Shown piece after piece: positions 1-9,136 of a stretch of 51,075 nucleotides of DNA. This stretch comes from an uncultured Hyphomicrobiales bacterium (GTDB taxonomy: Bacteria; Bacteroidota; Ignavibacteria; Kapaibacteriales; UBA2268): positions 1 through 51,075 of the forward strand of contig CAZCLJ010000002.1 of the NCBI GenBank assembly GCA_964499465.1, written 5' to 3'. The position numbers were made by a program, and so were the translations under genes. The notes under the pieces are model-generated. The model had not been told where the DNA came from and ran no database searches. It saw nothing but the letters and a program-made list of their open reading frames with translations. How positions within the stretch are numbered: the stretch's first letter is position 1; every line of letters begins with the position of its first letter.

Positions 1-2097
1 CAAAACATGACTACCAATAGGGTAACTGAACAAATTGATCGTTGTTGTGGAAATCATCTCTCCATCCATCTTTATTTCCACTCCATCAACGCCAGAAAAG
101 TCATCATTGACTTCATATTGAACATGTATTATACCGCCATGATCATACTCTGACTTTATTTGCGGAAAAATAACAGTCAAGTCCGGAGGTGTATCATCTT
201 GCGGATCCAATTCTCTCAGCAGATCAGGGTTTGAACTGGAATAATCTATGGTGAAATCTTGTTCTTGCCCCTGCATTATTTGACCGACAAAATCCTTGTC
301 GGTTGAGGTGATATTATCTATTCCACTGACGCTCAATCTATATTCACCGTCGCCTGTGCCTTGGAGCTCTATTTTATATTCGCCATCCAAAGGGTTGGGA
401 ACAACGGCAAATTCCGCATCAGAATCAAATCCTGAATAAAAAGCGCCTTCTATTTCATTGATATTCTGGTTGGAAACGAAATTTTTTCCTAATTTCTTAC
501 CATCAGGAGCTGTTATCACAAAATCGGCCGGAGAAAAAATCCTGACCATTAAAAATTTGCTAAAAATATTTTTTCTGATTTCTTCTTCTGGCCACTCACC
601 TGTTAATTCTTCTATTATATATCTCTGAGCATCAGTCACTATCTGGCGATGTTCTGAATCGTTTATAAAGACTTTCGTCGAGCTGCAAAAATTTTCATTA
701 CTAACACTGGGAACAGTGCCATCGCCGTTACCATACTCCAAACTTAGCGGTTCGCCGTGTTCCCATTTTTCCGCGCCAGATGATTCCCCAATTTTTATAT
801 AATTTATAGTATCATTATCAATTCCCCCAACAATATTCATAACCTTTACGTTGTTAAACTTTTCTAAAAGTAAGGGTTGATTCAAATTATTCAAAAAATC
901 GTTTATCGGATATCCGTCCGGATAGCTTTTAAGATTACCGCTATCATCTTTCAAATAATCGTAAATTGGTAAAAGTTCTTGCAAGGATTGAATAGGAAAA
1001 TTTCTAATATAAGAAAATCTGGTTAAATAACCATTCTTTATGGCGCTAATATCTAATATTCTTTTTAGAAAAAAATCAGTAATACCTTCTGCTGTGTTTC
1101 CACTCTCCCAAGCCATATATGATAAAGGCGCGCCTTTATGCGGCGTAGCAATAAAAATCATTTGTTCAACATCATTGACATAATCTCCGCTTTCTATATA
1201 GGCGCGAGCGACCAAGCCGCCCATAGAATGCGCAACCAAGTCAACTTTATCGCAATTAAAATTTTCCTGATTTTCTTCTCTGCAAACATTTAAAACGTCA
1301 TGAATTTTATTCTTTAAGAGTATGGTCGTATAGAAATTTGATTGACGCCAATCATAAGGTAGGGCAAATAAATTTTTATTTTCTTCATAGCCAGAACTTT
1401 TTAATGCTTCCCAAAGATCGTCATAAGTATTCAAGATAGGATCCATCTCATAACCATCTCCCATATCCCAACTTCCTAACAATCCTGGAATCAAAATCAC
1501 CGGATTCCTATCTACTGTCGGACAAACAGACCTAATAACCAAATTATCAAAAGACACATTTGTTGAACCATAATCTCCGCTCCAAGAATTAAAACCTATT
1601 GTGCCCGATTTAGGATAATCATCAGTTTCTTCAATCCAATCAATAACAATATCTCTATTGTAAAAAACTTTAATTCTGTTTCCTATAGCCTCTATATCAA
1701 TATGCGCCGTTTCTTCATTAAGCGCATTTTTGTCGGAAAAAATATGGGCGGCAAAATATTGTCCATAATCATACCCAGAACATTGACCTTGATAACATTT
1801 TGATAAATAAATCACAGGGGTATGCTCCTGTGAATATTGCCCAAAACCCCTCAACCCAACCTCATATAGACTACTGTTATCTTGCATTCTAAACATAACA
1901 CTTCTATCCACGCCATCATTCAAGTCAACATCAAAAGAAAAAATATAATCTTGCCAAGAAAATCCCGATTGATATATACTCTTACCTCTAACTCTATAAT
2001 TTGTTGTTTTAAAAAGATATTTTCCATCTTTTATTTGCCAATGCCCAGAACTATTTTCTTCCTGCCAATCTTTTGCGCGCGAGTAGCCGAAGTAGAA
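1..2097 (-). CDS. Lipase/esterase-like alpha/beta hydrolase with an N-terminal DUF1080/LamG-like module. The 3' end runs off the window and the 5' end has no canonical start.
   Basis: I translated the minus frame by hand from 2097 down to about 1080 and found no stops. The rest was read only approximately; no complete ORF is listed in 1-1881, which fits one frame running off the edge. It contains PVILIPGLLGSW and the nucleophile elbow DLVAHSMGG (AHSMG at 1219-1233). The upstream part reads DWQEENSSGHWQIKDGKY, which is DUF1080-like. An in-frame TAA lies at 2098-2100 and the first ATG is far inside the domain (1894-1896). Confidence 0.6.
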
Positions 2098-2330
2098 TTA
2101 AACATTTCCAAATCGATTCCGAAAATATTATTAAACCCGAACAGTTTAGCGCCTAATAATCCATGCAAATAATGGGAGCCGATGTCAAGCAAAAACTTTT
2201 TTCTGTCAAAATTATTAAGCAAAGAAAAGATATACTCAAACCTGTTTTTATGAAAAAGAAAATAACCTTTTTCGTCTTTTATTTTATCGTTATCAGTCTC
2301 GATAATTTCCTTTTTTATTATTTCATTCAT
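2031..2330 (-). CDS. Hypothetical 99-aa protein, possibly a remnant of a SAM-methyltransferase N-terminus
   Basis: ORF track entry. It has a weak motif-I-like LLDIGSHYLH...GID. It ends inside the start of the DUF1080-like domain but in another frame. Confidence 0.3.
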   Translation of the reverse strand: MNEIIKKEIIETDNDKIKDEKGYFLFHKNRFEYIFSLLNNFDRKKFLLDIGSHYLHGLLGAKLFGFNNIFGIDLEMFNSTSATRAQKIGRKKIVLGIGK

Positions 2331-2371
2331 AACATTAAATATACCACTTTAACATAAAAAGCGCAAAACAA

Positions 2372-2396
2372 AAACCCGCCATTTTGGTGGGTTTTT
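2372..2396 (-). terminator. Intrinsic terminator after secF
   Basis: On the minus strand: AACCCACC-AAAAT-GGCGGGTT followed by TTTTTGTTTTGCGCTTTTT. Confidence 0.6.
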
Positions 2397-2415
2397 GATT
2401 GTTGAAAAATTTATT

Positions 2416-3291
2416 TTATTTCTTGCTCTGCAAAAACAACAGCAACGGCGAAGCTAAAAAGATAGAACTCCAGGTTCCGACAACAACACCGACCAGCATA
2501 GCTAAAACAAAATCGCGGATAGTCGAGCCGCCGAAGACTAAAATGGCCGACAAAACCAAAGCTGTAGTAAATGAAGTATTTATTGAACGAACGATTACTT
2601 GATTTAGGCTGGTATTAATCGTTCCCTCAAAATCTTCTGAGCTTTTAGGTAAATTTTCCCGGATACGATCAAAAACCACAATAGTATCGTTTATAGTATA
2701 TCCGAGTATGGTTAAAAGCGCGGCAATAAATGAAGTGCCGATTTCCACCCCCCAAAATCTTCCTAAAACCGCAAAAAATCCAAGCACAATCAAAACATTA
2801 AAAGCCAAAGAAACAATTGAAGCTAATCCGTATTTCCAGGATTCCACCGGCTTGGAAACTTTCCTGAAGGCCCAAGCGATATAAATCAAAATAGCGACAA
2901 TGGCTAAAATAACTGCGTAAAAAGTTTTTCTTTTTAATTCATTACCAATGGACGGCCCGACAGAATCAAATCTTAATTCTTCAGCGGTGGAAGTACCGAC
3001 CTTCTGCATAACATTATCATGGACGTCAATATCGGTATTTTGGAATTTTAAAATCATCCCGGAATCGCCTACTGGCTGGACAATCAAACTGCCAAGATTC
3101 AAATCTGATAATTTATCTTGCATCTCGGAAACGGAAGGACGTTCGGCGCTAAAACTCAGTTCCAGCAAACTGCCGCCGGTAAAATCTATGCCAAAATTAA
3201 GTTTCCAGGAAATTAAAGAAAAGATAGCGCCGGCCGCCAAAATAATAGCGACCGTAAACCAAATTTTCCTTTTTTGAATTATCTTATACAT
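2416..3291 (-). CDS. secF: Protein translocase subunit SecF
   Basis: 291 aa with the typical SecF layout: N-terminal TM, periplasmic loop and C-terminal TM bundle (GYTINDTIVVFDRIRE). It lies directly downstream of secD. Confidence 0.9.
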   Translation of the reverse strand: MYKIIQKRKIWFTVAIILAAGAIFSLISWKLNFGIDFTGGSLLELSFSAERPSVSEMQDKLSDLNLGSLIVQPVGDSGMILKFQNTDIDVHDNVMQKVGTSTAEELRFDSVGPSIGNELKRKTFYAVILAIVAILIYIAWAFRKVSKPVESWKYGLASIVSLAFNVLIVLGFFAVLGRFWGVEIGTSFIAALLTILGYTINDTIVVFDRIRENLPKSSEDFEGTINTSLNQVIVRSINTSFTTALVLSAILVFGGSTIRDFVLAMLVGVVVGTWSSIFLASPLLLFLQSKK

Positions 3292-3311
3292 AAAATTATT
3301 AATCTTTATTA

Positions 3312-5513
3312 TTAAGATTTGTTAATGATTTTTCCGGCTCCGGAGAGAAGTTTGTTAGAAAAAACTTTTCCCGAAAGCAGGGCCATCAAACTTTTAGTTA
3401 TAGTAATGGCTGAAAACATGGAAGCCAAAACACCGAATATCAAAGTTACGGAAAAACCTTTTACCATGCCGGTTGAGAAAAAATACAAAATAACGCAAGT
3501 CAAAATAGTGGAAAGATTCCCATCCCTAATTGACGGCCAAGCGCGCTTAAAACCGTTTTCAACCGCTTTGTCGGAATCTTTTCCGTCTCTCATCTCTTCT
3601 TTAAAACGCTCAAAAATCAAAACATTAGCGTCAACCGCCATACCGACGGACAAAATCAAGCCGGCAATTCCCGGCAAGGTCAAAGTAACCGGAAAATTCC
3701 AAAAAATCGGAAACTTCAAAATTAATATGACCCAAGCCAAAAACCCTAAAACAGAAAAGCCAAGTTGGCGCCCTTTTGGCTTAAAATAAATTATTAAAGC
3801 CAAGATAGCGGCGGCAACGGCGACCCCCCAGCATTTAAACAATGCCAGCAAAATCAAACTATAAATACCTAAAGCAACAGCTGAAACAGCTCCGGGCAAA
3901 CGATAGAACATTATCATAAACAAAGCCACCAAAAGCACCCCCCACAAGCCAGCTTGCAACGAGGCGGCTACTGAAACTTTTCCTAAAGTCGCACCAACAA
4001 TCTGTTGACTAACCAAAGTTATCGGAACTGGCAAGGCGCCGGCATTTAAACGCTGAGATAACTGCTTAGCCTCGGCGATATTAAAATCCCCGCTAATAAC
4101 AGCTTCTCCCCCTTCTATTTTGCTATTAACTGTCGGGGCGCTAATGACTTCACCGTCTAAAAATATAGCCACCTGCTTCCCAATATTGCGACTGGTAATT
4201 TCTTCAAATAAATCAGCACCCTCTCCGTCAAACTGCAAAGAAACTTCCGGGATACCCGAATTAACATCAAACTGAACGCTAGAGTTTTTCAAATATTTCC
4301 CAGTCAGGCCAGTCGAAGCCCAAGTGCCGTCAGAACCGATAAAATCATCTTTGGCAATTTTGGCAATAGAAATTTTTTGAACGCGATATTGTTCTAATTT
4401 TCTTTCCGCTTCTTTATAAATCAAATGGTAGCCAAAATCAGTTTTCACAATTGAAGAAATCGTTCCGACTTTTTGCGCAAAAACAGCTTCTTCAAAAGGT
4501 TCCACCATATCACCCTTGCCGAACCAGCCCAGCTCGCCGCCGGTATTCCCGGCGCTCGGCTCGGTAGAATTAGTTTTCGCCATTTCTGAAAAATTCTTAT
4601 TTGTAACTTTATTTCTTAATTCTTGAATTTTAGCATAAGCTTCTTCTTCGCTTAATTCCCCAGTGCATCCGGTAGCTCCTTCGTAACAAATTAAAATATG
4701 GCTGGCTTTAACTTGAGTTTTTTGCTCGCCCGTAAGCTCATTCACAGCGTCTTTTTTCTCTAAAAGTTTGGCGATATAATAACCGTTTTCATCCTCAACA
4801 ATGTCGGTAATTCCGTTAATTTTTAGTTTAGAAGTCTCTTCGGCTAATTTCGGATAAGTCACCAGATCAATCCATTCGCCATCACTGGAAAAAGAACCGC
4901 TTTGGTCATATTCAGCTCCGAGCTTTGAAAAATCTCCGCCGGATAAAATCTTCCCTAAAAGTTCTTCGGCCGCGGCTTCGGCCTTGATGTTTATTTCCGC
5001 CAATTTTTCATTTTCTTCTTCAGTAAGCTCTCGAGACGCGCTTAATTCTTTAAATTCCAGCGTCGGAGTCTCGCCAATCATTTTTATGGCCTCACCGACA
5101 TCTTTGACTCCGGCCAACTCAACGATTATGCGATAATCATCTTCGCCGGATTTATTAACTTGGACTAATGGTTCTGAAACGCCGAAAGCGTTGACGCGAC
5201 GTTCAATCACGTCGCGCGCGCCAGCGGCGGCATCGGCCTCCCCGCCGGCCGGGACATTGGAAGTGTCAGCTTTATAAATGAGCTGAGTTCCGCCTTGCAA
5301 ATCCAAACCGAAGCGAAAAGATGTTTCTTGCAATTTTGGCAATTGAATAAAATTACCGGTTTTCGCCGCCAGCCAATCCGATCCGCGATTGCAAAGCGAG
5401 CCGAAATTTATCAAAAAAGCAGCGATGGTAAGCACAATTATTAAAGCAAAAATCTGCCACAAACGCCCGCGCGGCGACGGATTGGAGAATCTTTGAAAAA
5501 TATTATCTGACAT
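3312..5513 (-). CDS. secD: Protein translocase subunit SecD carrying an inserted parvulin-type PPIase region
   Basis: 733 aa. SecD hallmarks are present: GLDLQGGTQL, ERRVNAFGVSEP, LTLPGIAGLILSVGMAVDANVLIFERFKEE. An extra segment of about 240 aa sits in the periplasmic head. Confidence 0.9.
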   Translation of the reverse strand: MSDNIFQRFSNPSPRGRLWQIFALIIVLTIAAFLINFGSLCNRGSDWLAAKTGNFIQLPKLQETSFRFGLDLQGGTQLIYKADTSNVPAGGEADAAAGARDVIERRVNAFGVSEPLVQVNKSGEDDYRIIVELAGVKDVGEAIKMIGETPTLEFKELSASRELTEEENEKLAEINIKAEAAAEELLGKILSGGDFSKLGAEYDQSGSFSSDGEWIDLVTYPKLAEETSKLKINGITDIVEDENGYYIAKLLEKKDAVNELTGEQKTQVKASHILICYEGATGCTGELSEEEAYAKIQELRNKVTNKNFSEMAKTNSTEPSAGNTGGELGWFGKGDMVEPFEEAVFAQKVGTISSIVKTDFGYHLIYKEAERKLEQYRVQKISIAKIAKDDFIGSDGTWASTGLTGKYLKNSSVQFDVNSGIPEVSLQFDGEGADLFEEITSRNIGKQVAIFLDGEVISAPTVNSKIEGGEAVISGDFNIAEAKQLSQRLNAGALPVPITLVSQQIVGATLGKVSVAASLQAGLWGVLLVALFMIMFYRLPGAVSAVALGIYSLILLALFKCWGVAVAAAILALIIYFKPKGRQLGFSVLGFLAWVILILKFPIFWNFPVTLTLPGIAGLILSVGMAVDANVLIFERFKEEMRDGKDSDKAVENGFKRAWPSIRDGNLSTILTCVILYFFSTGMVKGFSVTLIFGVLASMFSAITITKSLMALLSGKVFSNKLLSGAGKIINKS
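4329..5042 (-). other. Insert within SecD (aa ~158-395): one degenerate and one canonical parvulin (PpiC/PrsA/SurA-like) rotamase module
   Basis: The canonical module is aa 268-368: KASHILICYEG...NTGGELGWFGKGDMVEPFEEAVFAQKVGTISSIVKTDFGYHLIYK. The degenerate upstream module reads GGDFSKLGAEYDQSG...GYYIAKLLEK. Confidence 0.75.
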
Positions 5514-5650
5514 ATTTTGCGCTTGGTATTTTGAGTTTAATTTTTTAAAATATTTTAAAAGACAAAATACCGATTAAATAAAATACAGGGAACAAAACAA
5601 CATCCCTTTAAAAAGAAATCTTACCGCAAAATTAACCGAAAGGCAAGATC

Positions 5651-5679
5651 TTGACATATTTTTATTTTACCGACATAAT
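5651..5679 (+). promoter_or_regulatory. Sigma70-like promoter for the 91-aa ORF
   Basis: TTGACA (5651-5656), 17-nt spacer, CATAAT (5674-5679). The SD GAGGAG lies just before the ATG at 5731. Confidence 0.5.
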
Positions 5680-5730
5680 AACATAACAGCAAATTAACCA
5701 AACATTCATACAAACACTGAGGAGAAAAAA

Positions 5731-6006
5731 ATGAGCAACTTGGAAAACGCGAAAAAGATACTATCTGAGCAAGGCTACAATCTCTCCGAGTATGGTATTA
5801 TCGACATAAACGCCGGCGGAAAAGAAGTTCTTTTCTCCGACTTTGCGACAATTAGCTTAATTCTGCATTTTCTGGATCCTGTCATCGGCTATGTTTCTTA
5901 TAGTATTTTTTCCTCAAAAGAAAAAAATTTCTGGAATTTCCAGAAATTTCTGAAAATTATAAATGGGGAAGAAGAAAAAATTGAGACATTATTTTCCACA
6001 GAATAA
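5731..6006 (+). CDS. Hypothetical small protein (91 aa)
   Basis: An ORF with a strong SD, its own promoter and a terminator. No recognisable family. Confidence 0.5.
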   Translation: MSNLENAKKILSEQGYNLSEYGIIDINAGGKEVLFSDFATISLILHFLDPVIGYVSYSIFSSKEKNFWNFQKFLKIINGEEEKIETLFSTE

Positions 6007-6022
6007 AAAGTTGTAGAGAATA

Positions 6023-6068
6023 AAAAAACAATCCGTCAGCTATTGCAGCTGACGGATTTTCCTTTTTT
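6023..6068. terminator. Bidirectional intrinsic terminator between convergent genes
   Basis: Perfect 10-bp stem ATCCGTCAGC/GCTGACGGAT (6031-6040 / 6048-6057), flanked by an A-run and TTTTCCTTTTTT. Confidence 0.7.
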
Positions 6069-6071
6069 AAC

Positions 6072-8645
6072 TTAAAAGTATTGCTTTCTAAAAAAACGGC
6101 GCTTAACCACTTCCACAACAGCTAAATAAGCGGCGACCGTAACCGCCAAAACGCCCAAAACCTTCCATGGCAAAACAACTAAGCCGAAAAATTCTCCGAT
6201 TGGAGTGAACGGCAATAACCAAGCAAGTAACACGGCTCCAAAAGTCGAAGCGATCAGTATTAAAGACGGACGTGTTTGAATAAATGGTATTTTCTTGGAA
6301 CGAATAATATGAATTACCAGGGTCTGCGTGGCCAGCGATTCCAAAAACCAGCCGGTTTGGAAAGAACCATCAGTCATTTTAAAACAATAAAACAAAAGAA
6401 AAAAAGTAAAAAAATCAAATAATGAACTTATCGGCCCGAAAGTGAACATAAACCGTTTGATAAAGCCAATATCCCAGCGCCGCGGCTTATCTATCCATTC
6501 TTCGTCAACTTTATCGGTGGGGATAGTTGTTTGGGAAACATCGTAAATAAAATTATTAAGTAAGAGCTGCACGGGCAACATCGGCAAAAATGGCAGAAAA
6601 ATTACAGCCCCGGCGGCGGAAAACATATTGCCAAAATTAGATGACAACCCCATCATGACATATTTCATGGTGTTTCCGAAAACCTTGCGCCCCTCCAAAA
6701 CCCCATCGCTTAAAATATTCAAATTTTTTTTCGTTAAAATTATATCAGAACATTCTTTGGCAACATCAACTCCGTTATTGACCGAAATACCGACATCGGC
6801 TGTTTTTAATGAGGGGGCGTCATTTATTCCGTCGCCCAAATAACCGATCACATGACCATTGGCGCGCAGGGCGGAAATAACTCGATTTTTTTCATTAGGG
6901 GAAAAACGCGCGAAAATCGTCTTTTTTTCCACGCGGCGGCGCAAGGCATAATCACTTAAATCATCAACCTCCCTGCCAAGCATTAAACCCTTAGAATTAA
7001 TGCCTATTTCTGAGCAGATTTTTCCGGCCACAAATTCATTATCACCGGTGATTATTTTCATTTCAACGCCTAACTTTTCCAACCGCCTCACCGACTCCAT
7101 GGCGCTTTTCTTAGGAGGATCAAGAAAGCAAATAAAGCCGCAAAGCACCAAGTCATTCTCATCATCTTTAGTGTAGGTTTGTTTTTTATCTAAAATTTTC
7201 TTTGTGGCAACCGCCAAAACTCGAAAACCATCGGCGCTTAAGCCTTCATAAATTTTCAAAATTTTACTTCTTATTTCTTCAGTGAAATCTTCCGTGCTGA
7301 AATCGTTCAGACGATATTTTTTCGAACAAGAAAAAATCTCTTCTGGAGCGCCTTTAGCTATAAGCAGCTGTTCCGCATTTTCCTCAACAACTACGCTCAA
7401 GCGTTTGCGGATAAAATCAAAAGGTATTTCATCTATCTTTTTAACCTTTGACACATCAATATCGCAAAAACCCTTAACGGCTTCATCTAAAGAATTTTCT
7501 ATTCCTGTTTGAAAATAGCTATTTAGATAAGCAAGGCGCAAAACTTTCTCGGAACCGCCGCCGAAAACATCAAGATGCTTTACTAATGATATTTTTCCTT
7601 CGGTCAAAGTTCCAGTTTTATCAGTACACAAAACGTCCATTGAACCCAAATTCGGAATAGCAGACAATTTTTTTACTATCGCGCCGCCCTTGGCCATATT
7701 TATCGAGCCGCGAGCCATGTTCACGGACATTATCACCGGCAGCAACTCCGGCGTAACCCCGACAGCAATAGCGATTGAAAACAAAAATGACTCTAAAATT
7801 TTCTGATTGGTTATGGCGTTAAATAAAAAAATAAATAAAACCAAAAACATCACCAACTTCATAATGAGTATCCCGAACTTGGCGACACCTGTTTCAAACT
7901 CAGACTTTCCCGCGGAGTTATTTAAAACTGAAGAGATTTTCCCCATTTCAGTTCTTTTCCCCGTAGCGACAATCACAGCCTCGGCTTTGCCGGAAATAAC
8001 ATTGGCGCCGGCAAAAATTAAATTTTCCAAATCAAACAAAGATTTATCTTTATCTTTAGTTTTTACGCTTTCTTTGCCGACAGGGAAAGATTCGCCGGTT
8101 AAAACAGACTGATCAATAAAAAAATCTTTTGATTTTATCAAGCGAGCATCGGCTGGAATTAAGTCTCCGGAATTCAAAATTATTATATCCCCCGGAACCA
8201 GCTGAGAAATTTTTATTTCGCGTTCACGGTTATTGCGGCGGACAATTGCGGTTGTTTTTATGGTTTCTAAAAGTTTTTTAGTGGCCCGCCCCGCTTGATG
8301 CTCTTCAATAAAATCCACAACCGCACTCAAAAGAACCATTGTGGCGATTATTACGGCGTTAGTCCGTTCTCCAAAAAGCGCCGATAAAATTCCAGCGGCC
8401 ATTAATAAAACTATCAAAGGACTTTTAAATTTAAATAAAAACTCTTTCAATAATGAAACTTTTTTTTCCTTAACCAAAACGTTGTAACCGCAAAAAGATA
8501 GCCGGCGGCGTGCCTCCAACTCGCTTAAACCGTCACCACGAGATTTAAAAAATTGTAAAACTTCCGATAGTTCTTGACTGGAAAAAAAAGACAAGTCTGA
8601 AATATTTTCTTTAGGAAAGTTTTTATTTTTCTGTCCGTTTTTCAT
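6072..8645 (-). CDS. mgtA: Mg2+-importing P-type ATPase (MgtA/MgtB type)
   Basis: DKTGTLT phosphorylation motif, GDGINDAPSL, and the MgtA-like LLNNFIYDVSQTTIPTDKVDEEWIDKPRRWD. The track starts at a TTG (8660); the ATG at 8645 is the more likely start. Confidence 0.85.
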   Translation of the reverse strand: MKNGQKNKNFPKENISDLSFFSSQELSEVLQFFKSRGDGLSELEARRRLSFCGYNVLVKEKKVSLLKEFLFKFKSPLIVLLMAAGILSALFGERTNAVIIATMVLLSAVVDFIEEHQAGRATKKLLETIKTTAIVRRNNREREIKISQLVPGDIIILNSGDLIPADARLIKSKDFFIDQSVLTGESFPVGKESVKTKDKDKSLFDLENLIFAGANVISGKAEAVIVATGKRTEMGKISSVLNNSAGKSEFETGVAKFGILIMKLVMFLVLFIFLFNAITNQKILESFLFSIAIAVGVTPELLPVIMSVNMARGSINMAKGGAIVKKLSAIPNLGSMDVLCTDKTGTLTEGKISLVKHLDVFGGGSEKVLRLAYLNSYFQTGIENSLDEAVKGFCDIDVSKVKKIDEIPFDFIRKRLSVVVEENAEQLLIAKGAPEEIFSCSKKYRLNDFSTEDFTEEIRSKILKIYEGLSADGFRVLAVATKKILDKKQTYTKDDENDLVLCGFICFLDPPKKSAMESVRRLEKLGVEMKIITGDNEFVAGKICSEIGINSKGLMLGREVDDLSDYALRRRVEKKTIFARFSPNEKNRVISALRANGHVIGYLGDGINDAPSLKTADVGISVNNGVDVAKECSDIILTKKNLNILSDGVLEGRKVFGNTMKYVMMGLSSNFGNMFSAAGAVIFLPFLPMLPVQLLLNNFIYDVSQTTIPTDKVDEEWIDKPRRWDIGFIKRFMFTFGPISSLFDFFTFFLLFYCFKMTDGSFQTGWFLESLATQTLVIHIIRSKKIPFIQTRPSLILIASTFGAVLLAWLLPFTPIGEFFGLVVLPWKVLGVLAVTVAAYLAVVEVVKRRFFRKQYF

Positions 8646-8651
8646 ATATAT

Positions 8652-8680
8652 ATTATACAATAAAAAATGTTTACGGACAA
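8652..8680 (-). promoter_or_regulatory. Sigma70-like promoter immediately upstream of the mgtA ATG (leaderless geometry)
   Basis: Minus strand: TTGTCC (8680-8675), 17-nt spacer, TATAAT (8657-8652). Only 6 nt separate it from the ATG at 8645 and there is no SD. Confidence 0.45.
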
Positions 8681-8718
8681 AAAAAGTCCATATAGTAAAA
8701 GCGCATTAACAATTATAC

Positions 8719-8739
8719 AAAAACACCCCTTTCGAGGTG
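8719..8739 (-). terminator. Intrinsic terminator-like hairpin upstream of the mgtA promoter
   Basis: Minus strand: CACCTC-GAAA-GGGGTG followed by TTTTT. Confidence 0.55.
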
Positions 8740-8877
8740 CTTTTGCTAAAGTATTGTTTTCTGTGCTGTTCCGATTCCCACCAAGGTGACTATAACTCAA
8801 AAATGCTCGGTTTTCTGGTCATTTTACACAGAAAATGCCTTGCACGGGATCGTGGACGATGTTAGAACCAAAATACA

Positions 8878-9057
8878 TTAATTAAAAAATCTTACGACTA
8901 AAAATATCGGCCATCCAATCATCACAGTAATCGCGCTGGTTATTTTTTCATAAAAAGAAATACCCCTAACTTCTCCGCCGATAAAATAGATAACTAACCC
9001 TGTAAATAAATATGCAAAAATAATACCAAACACAATAAATATTTTTTTGTTTTTCAT
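8878..9057 (-). CDS. Small hydrophobic membrane protein (59 aa)
   Basis: Internal Met of the 107-aa track ORF: MKNKKIFIVFGIIFAYLFTGLVIYFIGG..., with two predicted TM helices. The upstream 48 codons overlap the preceding gene. Confidence 0.4.
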   Translation of the reverse strand: MKNKKIFIVFGIIFAYLFTGLVIYFIGGEVRGISFYEKITSAITVMIGWPIFLVVRFFN

Positions 9058-9136
9058 AATATATAAAATTGTTAAAAATGAATTCGATGTTGCAACAGGG
9101 AATATGCACCAAGTAGAATAATAAAAGCTTGGAATT

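Noticed and set aside
2948-5513. Plus-strand ORFs 2948..3277 and 3319..3789, and similar antisense ORFs inside mgtA, pyk, gatA (32309-33022), the oxidase, etfA and others
   Set aside because: They are shadow ORFs on the opposite strand of, or out of frame within, long well-supported genes. They have no SD or family signal.
8661-8877. M-box (ykoK) Mg2+ riboswitch upstream of mgtA
   Set aside because: I looked for the conserved M-box blocks on the minus strand (GGUGAGGC, CUGCC, GUC.AAAGAC-type, GCUAAAGCUC) and found none. A good promoter lies downstream of the hairpin, right at the ATG.
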